Positions 44,483 to 53,932 of a stretch of DNA of 64,000 nt are shown piece by piece. How positions within the stretch are numbered: position 1 is the stretch's first letter; every line of letters begins with the position of its first letter. This stretch comes from Candidatus Cryptobacteroides sp. (GTDB taxonomy: Bacteria; Bacteroidota; Bacteroidia; Bacteroidales; UBA932). Below the pieces are notes generated by a model. It worked only from the letters and a program-made list of their open reading frames with translations, was not told the DNA's origin and did no database searches. Where the stretch lies: positions 10,039 through 74,038 of the forward strand of contig JAZQEN010000014.1 of the NCBI GenBank assembly GCA_045539015.1, read 5' to 3'. The position numbers and the translations under genes are program-made.

Positions 44483-46707
44483 TATCTGAGTGACTCGTGG
44501 AATGTTCTTGAAATAACCTCGAGCTGGTGCTCACGGCTCAGTCTTGTGAAGTTCACAGCATATCCTGAAACGCGGATTGTGAGCTGCGGATATTTCTCAG
44601 GGTGCTCCATCGCATCCTCGAGCATCTCTCTGTTGAGAACGTTCACGTTGAGGTGGTGTGCACCCTTTGTGAAGTAGCCGTCCATGAGAGTGATGAGGTT
44701 GTCGATCTTATCCTCGTCTGTAGGACCGAGTGACTTAGGCACGATAGAGAATGTATTAGAGATGCCGTCCTTTGCATCGTGGTAGTCGAGCTTTGCAACA
44801 GATGAGAGTGATGCGACAGCTCCGTGGGTGTCACGGCCGTGCATTGGGTTTGCACCTGGTGCGAAAGCCACGCCCTTTGCTCTTCCGTCTGGAGTTGCAC
44901 CTGTCTTCTTTCCGTACATCACGTTTGAAGTGATGGTGGGGAGTGAGAGGGTAGGCTGTGCTCCCTTGTATACCTTGTGTGTGCTGAGCTCTGGGTCGAA
45001 GAACTGAACCACGTCACGTGCGAGAACGTCAACCCTGTCGTCGTCGTTACCGAACATAGGGAAGCTGCCCTCGATGTCGAAGCCCTCTGTGAGACCCTCT
45101 GCGTTGCGGCGTGCTGTAACCTTTGCATACTTGATTGCAGAAAGCGAGTCGGCAACGATAGAAAGACCTGCTACACCGTAAGCGAGGTTGATTGTAGGGT
45201 TTGTATCGATGAACGCCATCTGTGATCTTTCATAGTCATACTTGTCATGCATGAAGTGGATGATGTTCATTGTTTCGTTGTATACGCGTGCTACCTCGTG
45301 GAGGACCTTCTTGTAGTTGTCCATAACCTCGTCGAAGTCAAGGACGTTGCTCTTGAGAGGCTTGATTCCTTCAACCATGAGAGTACCTGTGTTCTCGCAG
45401 CGTCCGCCGTTGATTGCGAGGAGGAGAGCCTTTGCGAGGTTTGCACGTGCTCCGAAGAACTGGATTGCCTTTCCGATCGCCTGGTATGATACGCAGCATG
45501 CGATACCGTAGTCGTCGCAGCCTCTTACCTTTCTCATGAGTGAGTCGTTCTCATACTGGACTGAGCTGGTGTCGATTGAAACCTTTGCGCAGAACTCCTT
45601 GAATCCTTCCGGAAGAGCCGGATGCCAGAGAACTGTCATGTTTGGCTCCGGTGCAGGTCCGAGGTTGTAGGGAGTCTGAAGGAAGCGGAACGAAGTCTTT
45701 GTAACCTTGCTCTTTCCACCTGTGAAACGTCCTCCGATTGCCTCGGTGATCCATGTAGGGTCTCCTGCGAAGAGTTCGTTGTATGCGTTCATTCTGAGGT
45801 GACGTACCATTCTGAGCTTCATTACGAACTGGTCGATGAGCTCCTGAGCGAATGTCTCGTCAATCAGGTTGTTGTCGAGATCATACTGGATGTAGATGTC
45901 AAGGAACGATGATACGTTTCCGAGGGACATGGCTGCACCGTCCTGCTCCTTTACAGCTGCAAGGTATGCCATGTAGAGCCACTGAACAGCCTCCTGAGCG
46001 CTTCTTGCCGGTCTGCTGAGGTCGAGTCCGTAGTACTCACCCATGACCTTGATCTCCTGGAGAGCTCTGATCTGCTCTGCAACCTCCTCGCGGAGAGTGA
46101 TGCGTGAACGGGTCATTGTACCTGTGAGGTTGCGAAGGTCTTCCTTCTTTGCCTCGATGAGTCTGTCAACTCCATAGAGGGCAAGTCTTCTGTAGTCACC
46201 GATGATACGTCCTCTTGCATAGTTGTCAGGAAGTCCTGTGAGGAAGCCGAGTGACCTGTATTTACGGATCTCCTCAGTGTATACGTCGAAAACGCCGTCG
46301 TTGTGTGTCTTTCTGTAGTGAGTGAAAATCTCCTTCACCTTAGGGTCGAGCTCCACGCCGTTCTCCATGCAGGCCTTCTCTACTACCTTGAGACCTCCGA
46401 AAGGCTTGATTGCCCTCTTGAGGAGCTCATCTGTCTGGAGACCTACGATAAGTTCGTTTTCCTTGTCGATGTAACCAGCTGCGTGTGAAGTGATTGTTGA
46501 GATTGTCTGTGCGTCGATTGCACGTACGCCTCCGTTCTCTCTCTCTTCTGCGAGAGCCTCGAGGCACTTGTTCCAAAGTTTCTTTGTGCGTTCTGTTGCG
46601 CCCTGAAGGAATGATGCGTCTCCTTCATAAGGGGTGATGTTGTTGTAAACGAAGTCAGCAACATCAATTCTGCGGCTCCATCTGCCGTCGTTGAATTTCT
46701 GTGTCAT
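44482..46707 (-). CDS. pflB: Pyruvate formate-lyase (formate C-acetyltransferase)
   Basis: IACC catalytic Cys pair, RVSGY glycyl radical site and GRIIGDYRR. Minus-strand promoter TACCTTTG at 46732-46739 supports start 46707. Confidence 0.96.
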   Translation of the reverse strand: MTQKFNDGRWSRRIDVADFVYNNITPYEGDASFLQGATERTKKLWNKCLEALAEERENGGVRAIDAQTISTITSHAAGYIDKENELIVGLQTDELLKRAIKPFGGLKVVEKACMENGVELDPKVKEIFTHYRKTHNDGVFDVYTEEIRKYRSLGFLTGLPDNYARGRIIGDYRRLALYGVDRLIEAKKEDLRNLTGTMTRSRITLREEVAEQIRALQEIKVMGEYYGLDLSRPARSAQEAVQWLYMAYLAAVKEQDGAAMSLGNVSSFLDIYIQYDLDNNLIDETFAQELIDQFVMKLRMVRHLRMNAYNELFAGDPTWITEAIGGRFTGGKSKVTKTSFRFLQTPYNLGPAPEPNMTVLWHPALPEGFKEFCAKVSIDTSSVQYENDSLMRKVRGCDDYGIACCVSYQAIGKAIQFFGARANLAKALLLAINGGRCENTGTLMVEGIKPLKSNVLDFDEVMDNYKKVLHEVARVYNETMNIIHFMHDKYDYERSQMAFIDTNPTINLAYGVAGLSIVADSLSAIKYAKVTARRNAEGLTEGFDIEGSFPMFGNDDDRVDVLARDVVQFFDPELSTHKVYKGAQPTLSLPTITSNVMYGKKTGATPDGRAKGVAFAPGANPMHGRDTHGAVASLSSVAKLDYHDAKDGISNTFSIVPKSLGPTDEDKIDNLITLMDGYFTKGAHHLNVNVLNREMLEDAMEHPEKYPQLTIRVSGYAVNFTRLSREHQLEVISRTFHESLR

Positions 46708-46822
46708 AATATACCTCTTAAATTTCGGGCGCAAAGGTAACTCTAAAAAACATATAAATCAATCCCTAAAGTGTGGTATGTTAACTAAATTGATTCAAAT
46801 TGATTTAAGTTTCAAATCATAT

Positions 46823-46856
46823 CGGGGTGGCCTGGATTGAAATTGTAACCACCCCG
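46823..46856 (-). terminator. Possible hairpin downstream of ssb
   Basis: 8-bp stem CGGGGTGG / CCACCCCG with an 18-nt loop and poor U-tract. Confidence 0.35.
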
Positions 46857-46883
46857 GTTAAAGCACATTCCTAAGCGTTGTGA

Positions 46884-47219
46884 TTATGACTCTACTTGCT
46901 CATCCTGCATGATTTTGATCTTGTTTGCAAGTACCTCATAATAGGTCCTTTCTATCCCATCCGCTCCTGTATGTCTTGTGGTGCGTAATCTGCCGGTTAC
47001 ATATACAGGAGTACCTTTCGTGATCCTGTGAACGTCTGGCGTGTCCTTTCCTTCCCATGCTACTATGTTGTGCCATGTCGTCTCCGAAGCAGCTCCGTCA
47101 CGAGTCTTGTAAAGTATGTCGGTTGCCAGTGAAAAGTTTGCAACCTTGCTTCCGTTGTATTCGTTTGTGCGTACATTGCCTACGCATCCCAGAAGCTCGA
47201 TACGATTAATGTGATCCAT
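46884..47219 (-). CDS. ssb: Single-stranded DNA-binding protein, short form lacking the acidic tail
   Basis: NRIELLGCVG, ANFSLAT, TTWHNIVAW, KGTPVYVTGRL and EVLA OB-fold motifs. Confidence 0.85.
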   Translation of the reverse strand: MDHINRIELLGCVGNVRTNEYNGSKVANFSLATDILYKTRDGAASETTWHNIVAWEGKDTPDVHRITKGTPVYVTGRLRTTRHTGADGIERTYYEVLANKIKIMQDEQVES

Positions 47220-47538
47220 AAGATTCAATCTCCATTTCTTTTAAGTTATACTTTCCGTCCCCACATCTTATGCGCGCTGTAGTAGGTTGTGGCAAAGTAA
47301 AGCAAATAATTTCTACCTCCCACCACTGCTGACCCCCGACCCCATCAAGTTTTTCTTTTTATTTAAATGATTTCTTTTTTTTAATGTGTTTAAAATAAAT
47401 TTTTAACACTTAAAGATTTATTTTTAACAGCCTCTGATTTTAAAAAAGAGAAAAAACTTGTTAAAGAAAAAGAAAAATCGGCCTTTCCCTATTTGACGTG
47501 ATTCTCTCTGTTGTGAAATTTGCCGCAAACATTGGAAG

Positions 47539-47961
47539 ATGGGATATGTTAAGAAATTGAAAAGGGAAATCCCGAAGTGTCTTAATTGCGGTGAGCAGAT
47601 AAGATATGGCAGGGTAGACAAAAGGTATTGCTGTGATGATTGCCGGAACAGTCACCATAATGCCCAGACCAAGGCAAGTCGGGCATTCCGTAGAAAAGTC
47701 ATGTCTCAGCTGTTCGGTAATTATGATGTTCTCGATCGTCTGTTCAAGGCTGGAGTAGAAAGCGTTGACGTTTTTGATGCCGTCAATATGGGATTTGTCC
47801 CGGGAGTTGTGACTTCATATCGTCGTGCAGGATGTCATGACGAGTACGCTTGTTTCGATATCAAATACAGAATGACGCCAACCAGACTGTCACATATATC
47901 GAAAATAGAAAATGTTTCCTTAAATTTGCAGGTTGCAACAGATAAGGATCAACTATTGTAA
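47539..47961 (+). CDS. Zn-ribbon hypothetical protein (DUF2116-like, conserved in Bacteroidota)
   Basis: CLNCG...GRVDKRYCCDDCRN motif and C-terminal CFDIKY. Confidence 0.65.
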   Translation: MGYVKKLKREIPKCLNCGEQIRYGRVDKRYCCDDCRNSHHNAQTKASRAFRRKVMSQLFGNYDVLDRLFKAGVESVDVFDAVNMGFVPGVVTSYRRAGCHDEYACFDIKYRMTPTRLSHISKIENVSLNLQVATDKDQLL

Positions 47962-47969
47962 ATTATATT

Positions 47970-50069
47970 ATGAAAAGGAAACTATTAATCGCAGGCGCAC
48001 TGCTTGCACTTTTTACCGGTTGTAAGACTATGGAATCAACAAATCCGCTTTTGACCGAGTCGACAGCTCCTTTCGGAGCCCCGCAGTTCGATAAGATCAA
48101 GGTTGAACACTATCTTCCCGCATTTGAGCAGGGAATTGCAGAGGCCAAGGCTGAGATCGATGAGATCGTAGCCAATGCAGAAGAACCTACTTTTGAGAAT
48201 ACTATCGAGGCAATGGAGAATTCCGGCAGGATCTTGAACAGGGTTGCCGGCATATTCTATAACCTCATGGAAGCACACACAAGTGACCAGATGCAGGAGA
48301 TCGCAGAGAAGGTTGCTCCGATGATGACCGAGTATTCGATGTATGTTTCATTGAATGACGCGCTCTTCCAGAAGGTGAAGGCCGTATATGACAAGAGGAA
48401 TGAACTCGGACTGGATCAGGATCAGATGACCCTTCTCGAGGATTCATACAAGGGCTTTGTCCGTGGAGGTGCAAACCTTTCTGATGAGGACAAGGCGCAG
48501 TACAGCAAGTGGTCAGAGGAACTATCCCTTCTTACACTCCAGTTCAGCAAGAATGTGCTTGCAGCAACCAACGCATATACTCTTCATATAGAGAATGAGG
48601 CAGACCTTGCCGGTCTTCCTGAGTATGTCAAGGCTATGGGAGCAGAGGCTGCAAAGGAAAGAGGTATCGAAGGATGGGTATATACATTGGATTACCCTAG
48701 CTACAGCCCGTTCCTGAAGTATAGCACAAACCGCGAACTGCGCAAGCAGATATGGATGGCTTACAATACCAGGGCAATCGGAGGCGAATTCGACAATACC
48801 GAGATCGTGAAGCAGATCGTCGACCTCAGGATCAAGATCGCAAACATCCTTGGATATGAGACTTATGCTGACTATGCCCTCGAGGAGAGAATGGCCAAGA
48901 ACAAGGAGACTGTTGACGGTTTCATCATGGAGCTCCTCCAGCCTTCTATGGAATTTGCAAAGAAGGATGTTGCAGACGTGCTTGCTTACGCAAAGAAGAA
49001 CGGATTTGAGGACAATATGCTTCAGCCATGGGACTTCACATACTGGTCTGAGCGTTATCAGGAGGCTGAGTACTCCCTCAGTGCAGAGGAACTCAAGCCT
49101 TATTTCCAGCTTGAGAGCTGTATCGATGCAGTATTCGGACTTGCTACAAGACTTTATGGCATCTCATTCACGGAGCTTGACAACGTTCCTGTATACCATG
49201 AGGATGTAAAGGTGTACGAGGTGAAGGACGCTGACGGCAGCCACCTCGCTCTGTTCTATGCTGACTTCTTCCCACGTGCAAGCAAGAGGGGCGGTGCATG
49301 GATGACCAGCTTCCGTGATCAGAGCATTGTTGACGGCGTTGAGGAGAGACCTTTCATCAGCATCGTATGCAACTTCACAAAGCCTACTGCGGATGCTCCA
49401 TCCCTCATCACTCATGACGAGCTCACTACATTCCTCCATGAGTTCGGACACGCACTCCATGGCATTTTTGCAAAGGGACGCTACTCGTCGCTCACAGGTA
49501 CGAGCGTAAGCCGTGACTTCGTGGAGCTGCCTTCGCAGATCATGGAGAACTGGGCATATGAGCCTGATTACCTGAACTCTTTTGCAAAGCACTATCAGAC
49601 AGGTGAGCCTATCCCTGCCGAGCTTATCGAGAAGATCGTCGCTGCAAAGAACTATCTTGCAGGTTATGGACAGGTACGCCAGCTCCACTTCGGATACCTT
49701 GACATGGCATGGCATTCTCTCAAGGAGGTTCCTGAAATCGGTACTGTAGAATTCGAGCAGAGCGTTCTCGCTCCATGGGCGGTGATGCCTGCAGCTGAGG
49801 GCGCGGCATTCTCTACATCATTCTCGCACATCTTCTCCGGCGGATACTCTGCAGGATATTATTCGTACAAGTGGGCAGAGGTGCTTGAGGCTGATGCGTT
49901 CTCTCGTTTCAAGGAAGAGGGTATCTTCAATACGGAAGTGGCTGCATCCTTCAGAAAGAACATCCTTGAAAAGGGTGGTGCAGAAGATGAGGCTGTGATC
50001 TACCGCAACTTCCGCGGACATGATCCGGAGCCTGCAGCTCTGATGGAGAAGCTCGGACTGACAAAGTAA
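47970..50069 (+). CDS. dcp: M3 peptidyl-dipeptidase Dcp (lipoprotein)
   Basis: Lipobox FTGC, KRGGAWM, HEFGHALH, DFVELPSQ and HIFSGGYSAGYYSYKWAE; promoter box TAAATTTG at 47921-47928. Confidence 0.92.
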   Translation: MKRKLLIAGALLALFTGCKTMESTNPLLTESTAPFGAPQFDKIKVEHYLPAFEQGIAEAKAEIDEIVANAEEPTFENTIEAMENSGRILNRVAGIFYNLMEAHTSDQMQEIAEKVAPMMTEYSMYVSLNDALFQKVKAVYDKRNELGLDQDQMTLLEDSYKGFVRGGANLSDEDKAQYSKWSEELSLLTLQFSKNVLAATNAYTLHIENEADLAGLPEYVKAMGAEAAKERGIEGWVYTLDYPSYSPFLKYSTNRELRKQIWMAYNTRAIGGEFDNTEIVKQIVDLRIKIANILGYETYADYALEERMAKNKETVDGFIMELLQPSMEFAKKDVADVLAYAKKNGFEDNMLQPWDFTYWSERYQEAEYSLSAEELKPYFQLESCIDAVFGLATRLYGISFTELDNVPVYHEDVKVYEVKDADGSHLALFYADFFPRASKRGGAWMTSFRDQSIVDGVEERPFISIVCNFTKPTADAPSLITHDELTTFLHEFGHALHGIFAKGRYSSLTGTSVSRDFVELPSQIMENWAYEPDYLNSFAKHYQTGEPIPAELIEKIVAAKNYLAGYGQVRQLHFGYLDMAWHSLKEVPEIGTVEFEQSVLAPWAVMPAAEGAAFSTSFSHIFSGGYSAGYYSYKWAEVLEADAFSRFKEEGIFNTEVAASFRKNILEKGGAEDEAVIYRNFRGHDPEPAALMEKLGLTK

Positions 50070-50085
50070 GCTCAGTATAGGCTGT

Positions 50086-50133
50086 AAACCAAAAAACAGG
50101 TCTGACCGAAATGTCAGACCTGTTTTTTGGTTT
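50086..50133. terminator. Bidirectional terminator dcp/nupG
   Basis: Perfect 21-bp inverted repeat AAACCAAAAAACAGGTCTGAC / GTCAGACCTGTTTTTTGGTTT. Confidence 0.92.
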
Positions 50134-50148
50134 CTACGAAATGGGAAC

Positions 50149-51453
50149 TTATCCTAGCAGAGGCTCATCCCCCTTAGGCTTCTTGAACAGGAAGAAGAAG
50201 AGGATTCCCACTACGAGGGCGTAACCGGCGAATATGAACCAGCATGTCTGCCAGTCTCCGACTCTGTAGACGCTTCCATTCTTGGTGATTTCGTATGTGA
50301 ATCTGTTTACGATTGCCTGAGCGGACAATGTTCCTATAGTAGCTCCGATTCCGTTTGTCATGAGCATGAACAGGCCTTGTGCGCTGTTCTGAAGTTTGCC
50401 TTTTGTACGGGAGTTCGTGTAAAGGGCACCAGAAATATTGAAGAAGTCAAATGCAACGCCATATACGATGCATGAAAGAATGATCATCCATACTCCGCTG
50501 CCTGTGTCACCTGTTCCGAAAAGTCCGAATCTGAGAACCCAGGCGCCCATTGCAATCAGCATGACGTTCTTGATGCCGAATTTCTTCATCGCAAATGGTA
50601 TCAGAAGGATTCCAAGAGTCTCGGCTATCTGAGAGATGGAATAGATTGCATTTGCGTTGTTGGCGCCCCATGAGTCAGGCGAGGTTACCTGGAAGTGAGA
50701 GATGTAAGGTGTCGCATAACCGTTTGTAATCTGAAGAGCTGCACCTAGAAGCATCGAGAAGATGAAGAATATCGCCATCTGTCTGTCCTTGAACAGAGAG
50801 AAGGCATTGAAACCGAAACGCTCTGCGAGTGTCTGTTTCTCATCTGTGCTGGTGTTGCAAGGACATTCAGGAAGAAGAAACAGGCAATAAAGCATCATTG
50901 CCATCCCGATGAATCCGGATGTGAGGAACTGATTGTATGAATTCTGGAACTGTACGCCTTCTATGCTGGCGAAGTTCACGAATAACATGGCGGCTATAAA
51001 GCCTATTGTTCCGAATACTCTGATAGGAGGGAAGTCCTTTACCGTGTCATAGCCGTTTCTCTCCAGCACTTTGAATGCTACTGAGTTGGATAAGGCGATG
51101 GTCGGCATGTAGAATGCTGTGCCGATTGTGTAAAGGCTGAAGAAGAGTGTGAATGAAACCTCTCCGCCACCGCTCTGGCTCCAACCATAGTATCCTGCTC
51201 CTAGCATTCCGAGAGCGGCTATACCATGGCAGATTCCGAGGAGTTTCTGTGCCGGTATCCATTTGTCTGCAACGATACCCATGATGGTCGGCATGAAGAT
51301 GGAAACGATGCCCTGAACTGCAAAGAAGATTCCGATATACTTGCCAAGGCCGATATTGCCAAGGTAGTTAGCCATTGATGTGAGGTAGGCTCCCCACACC
51401 GCCCACTGGAGAATGTTCATCACCGTGAGCCTTAGTTTGATTGATTTTAGCAT
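50149..51453 (-). CDS. nupG: Nucleoside:H+ symporter (NupG family MFS)
   Basis: LQWAVWGAYL, FPPIRVFGTIGF, YGVAFDFFNISG and SAQGLFMLMTNG. Confidence 0.88.
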   Translation of the reverse strand: MLKSIKLRLTVMNILQWAVWGAYLTSMANYLGNIGLGKYIGIFFAVQGIVSIFMPTIMGIVADKWIPAQKLLGICHGIAALGMLGAGYYGWSQSGGGEVSFTLFFSLYTIGTAFYMPTIALSNSVAFKVLERNGYDTVKDFPPIRVFGTIGFIAAMLFVNFASIEGVQFQNSYNQFLTSGFIGMAMMLYCLFLLPECPCNTSTDEKQTLAERFGFNAFSLFKDRQMAIFFIFSMLLGAALQITNGYATPYISHFQVTSPDSWGANNANAIYSISQIAETLGILLIPFAMKKFGIKNVMLIAMGAWVLRFGLFGTGDTGSGVWMIILSCIVYGVAFDFFNISGALYTNSRTKGKLQNSAQGLFMLMTNGIGATIGTLSAQAIVNRFTYEITKNGSVYRVGDWQTCWFIFAGYALVVGILFFFLFKKPKGDEPLLG

Positions 51454-51489
51454 AGTTATGATTAATAGTAAGTTACATTCGGTTTCAAG

Positions 51490-51573
51490 GATTTCTCCAT
51501 CAGCTGCGCTCAGTCGAAATGACGGCTGTGTTCTATGACCACTCCCGTCATGTCGAGCAAAGTCGAGACATCT
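51490..51573. repeat. Inverted pair of REP-like palindromic units (GTCAT...GAGC...GAGA.ATC family)
   Basis: Left unit, reverse complement: GTCATTTCGACTGAGCGCAGCTGATGGAGAAATC (51490-51523). Right unit: GTCATGTCGAGCAAAGTCGAGACATCT (51547-51573). Confidence 0.65.
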
Positions 51574-51579
51574 GAAAAA

Positions 51580-51617
51580 CAAATATACATGATTTTGATT
51601 AAAAGTTACTATCTTTG
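51580..51617. promoter_or_regulatory. Divergent promoters nupG / tgt
   Basis: Minus-strand TATATTTG 51580-51587; plus-strand TATCTTTG 51610-51617. Confidence 0.65.
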
Positions 51618-51635
51618 AGGGTTAAAATATTTTGA

Positions 51636-52766
51636 ATGAAATTTGTCAAGACACATAATGACCCGAACTCTGCCGCAAGGTGTGGTGTCATCACCACTGA
51701 CCATGGCCAGATAGAGACGCCGATCTTCATGCCTGTGGGAACAGTCGGATCGGTGAAGGGCATATATCATAAGGATCTCAAAGAAGATATAAAGGCTGAG
51801 ATCATTCTCGGAAATACATATCATCTGTACCTCAGACCGGGTCTGGACATCCTCAAGGCGGCCGGTGGTCTGCACAAGTTCGAGTCGTGGGACCGTCCCA
51901 TCCTCACGGACAGCGGCGGATTCCAGGTCTTTTCACTCAGCCCGATAAGGAAACTTACCGAGGACGGCTGTATTTTCCGCTCGCATATCGACGGGTCCAA
52001 GCACATCTTCACCCCGGAAAACAATATGGATACCCAGCGCATCATAGGAGCAGACATCGTCATGGCTCTGGATGAATGCTGCCCGGGCGATGCCGACTAC
52101 AATTATGCAAAGAAATCTCTGGCACTGACCCAGAGGTGGCTCGAGAGATGCGTCAAGCATTTCGACGAGACAGAGCCTCTATACGGCTACTCCCAGGCTC
52201 TCTTCCCGATTGTGCAGGGATGCGTATATCCTGATCTCAGACGCGCGGCAGTCGATCATGCAGCTGCTCTCGACCGCGAAGGCTACGCCATAGGCGGCCT
52301 GGCAGTAGGTGAGCCTACTGAAAAGATGTATGAGATGCTGGAGGTCGTATGTCCGATGCTTCCGGAAGACAGGCCGCGCTACCTGATGGGCGTAGGAACC
52401 CCTGCAAATATCCTTGAAGGTATTGCAAGGGGTGTGGATATGTTCGACTGTGTGATGCCTACAAGGAACGGCCGCAACGGAATGCTCTTCACATGGGACG
52501 GAATCATCAACATGAAGAACAGGAAGTGGGCGGATGATTTCTCTCCGCTGGATTCGAAGGGAACTTCGTTCGTCGACCACACATATACGAAGGCTTATCT
52601 CCGCCATCTTTTCGTGGCAGGGGAGATCTTTGCGGGACAGATCGCCAGCGAACATAACCTGGCATTCTATCTTGACCTCGTGCGTGAGGCCCGCAAGCAT
52701 ATCAAGGCAGGAGACTTCAAGGCATGGAAGGATGAGACCGTGCGCAGGATAACGACAAGACTGTAG
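51636..52766 (+). CDS. tgt: tRNA-guanine transglycosylase
   Basis: TPIFMPVGT, LGNTYHL, TDSGGFQVFSL, GGLAVGE and FDCVMPTRNGR. Confidence 0.96.
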   Translation: MKFVKTHNDPNSAARCGVITTDHGQIETPIFMPVGTVGSVKGIYHKDLKEDIKAEIILGNTYHLYLRPGLDILKAAGGLHKFESWDRPILTDSGGFQVFSLSPIRKLTEDGCIFRSHIDGSKHIFTPENNMDTQRIIGADIVMALDECCPGDADYNYAKKSLALTQRWLERCVKHFDETEPLYGYSQALFPIVQGCVYPDLRRAAVDHAAALDREGYAIGGLAVGEPTEKMYEMLEVVCPMLPEDRPRYLMGVGTPANILEGIARGVDMFDCVMPTRNGRNGMLFTWDGIINMKNRKWADDFSPLDSKGTSFVDHTYTKAYLRHLFVAGEIFAGQIASEHNLAFYLDLVREARKHIKAGDFKAWKDETVRRITTRL

Positions 52767-52772
52767 TAGACT

Positions 52773-53864
52773 ATGTTTCTGGCACCGAAGAAAATAGACT
52801 GGTATATATTCAGAAAGTTCATGGGTACGTTCTTCGTCGCCCTTCTTCTGATCATCGGTATTGTCATTATATTCGATGTCAGCGAGAAGATCGATGACTT
52901 TGTTGAGAAGAAGGCGCCGCTGAACTCCATAATCTTCGACTATTATCTCAACTTCATACCGTACTTCATAAACATGTACAGCCCTATGTTCGTGTTTATT
53001 ACGGTCATTTTCGTTACATCCAAGCTGGCTTCCAACTCTGAAATCATCGCCATACTTTCCGGTGGTATCAGTTTCCACAGGATGATGCGGCCATATCTGC
53101 TTGCGGCATCGATAATCACGCTGCTGTCACTTGGTCTCAACCTGTTCGTCATACCGAATTCCAACAAGGAGACGGTCAAGTTCGAGCAGAAGTATATGAA
53201 GGAAAAGCCTAAGAAGACCAACAGGAACATCCATTATCAGATTGCTCCCGGTGAGTTCGTCTATGCCGAATCATTCAGCTCCTGGAACAACACTGCCTAT
53301 CGCTTCACATTGGAAAAGATAGAAGACAGCAAACTGGTTTCGAAGATTTCTGCAGAGACCGCAGTATACGATACTTTGAAGGACTGCTGGACCTTGAAGA
53401 AGTATTTCATGAGGACATTTAATGATGACCTGACAGACAATATAAAGAGCGGCCGTCAGCTGGATACGATCATTCCGCTTACAGTCAAGGACTTCTATTT
53501 CTCTGAGAACACTGTCACGACGCTTACATATAAGGAACTGAACGAAATGATCGAAATTCAGGAAATGCGTGGTGATGCGAATGTGAAATATGCTCTGATT
53601 GAGAAGAATACGCGTTTTTCACTTCCGTTTTCGGCTTTCATCCTTACTATAATGGGTGTTGCGCTGTCGTCCAGAAAGCGACGTGGAGGAATCGGTTGGA
53701 ATATCGCTTTGGGAATCGCCCTGGCCTTCACCTACATCCTGTTCATGAGGTTCAGCCAGATGTTCGTGCATACTGATGTCATGTCACCGGCAGTTGCCTT
53801 ATGGCTTCCGAATGTGGTCTTTGCCATCATTGCGATGGTGCTCTACCGGTGGGCTCCTAAGTAG
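52773..53864 (+). CDS. lptG: LPS export ABC permease, LptF/LptG family (LptG-like)
   Basis: IDWYIFRKF, LASNSEIIAILSGGIS, 3 TM + periplasmic domain + 3 TM, and WLPN. Confidence 0.85.
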   Translation: MFLAPKKIDWYIFRKFMGTFFVALLLIIGIVIIFDVSEKIDDFVEKKAPLNSIIFDYYLNFIPYFINMYSPMFVFITVIFVTSKLASNSEIIAILSGGISFHRMMRPYLLAASIITLLSLGLNLFVIPNSNKETVKFEQKYMKEKPKKTNRNIHYQIAPGEFVYAESFSSWNNTAYRFTLEKIEDSKLVSKISAETAVYDTLKDCWTLKKYFMRTFNDDLTDNIKSGRQLDTIIPLTVKDFYFSENTVTTLTYKELNEMIEIQEMRGDANVKYALIEKNTRFSLPFSAFILTIMGVALSSRKRRGGIGWNIALGIALAFTYILFMRFSQMFVHTDVMSPAVALWLPNVVFAIIAMVLYRWAPK

Positions 53865-53877
53865 AAATCAGATAAAG

Positions 53878-53913
53878 AAAAATCCCTGTAACGGCCTCGT
53901 TACAGGGATTTTT
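53878..53913. terminator. Bidirectional terminator lptG/ilvE
   Basis: Perfect 16-bp stem AAAAATCCCTGTAACG / CGTTACAGGGATTTTT. Confidence 0.9.
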
Positions 53914-53932
53914 TATGATGAGTGTATCCGAC

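Noticed and set aside
47346-47460. Imperfect 21-bp inverted repeat and AT-rich tract as an invertible promoter or replication origin
   Set aside because: The match is low-complexity A/T sequence. I saw no DnaA boxes and no invertase.
51454-51582. N-terminal extension of nupG in the ORF track; likewise the upstream starts given for MBL, AraC, MFS, YhhN, SusC1, SusC2, S8, pflB and M23
   Set aside because: The extensions overlap promoters, terminators or REP units, or precede the signal peptide. Downstream ATGs fit the family N-termini better.
52179-53078. 299-aa antisense ORF over tgt/lptG, and similar shadow ORFs such as 2679-3407, 59443-60021 and 49164-49715
   Set aside because: These are antisense shadows of well-supported genes caused by codon bias, with no recognisable motifs.
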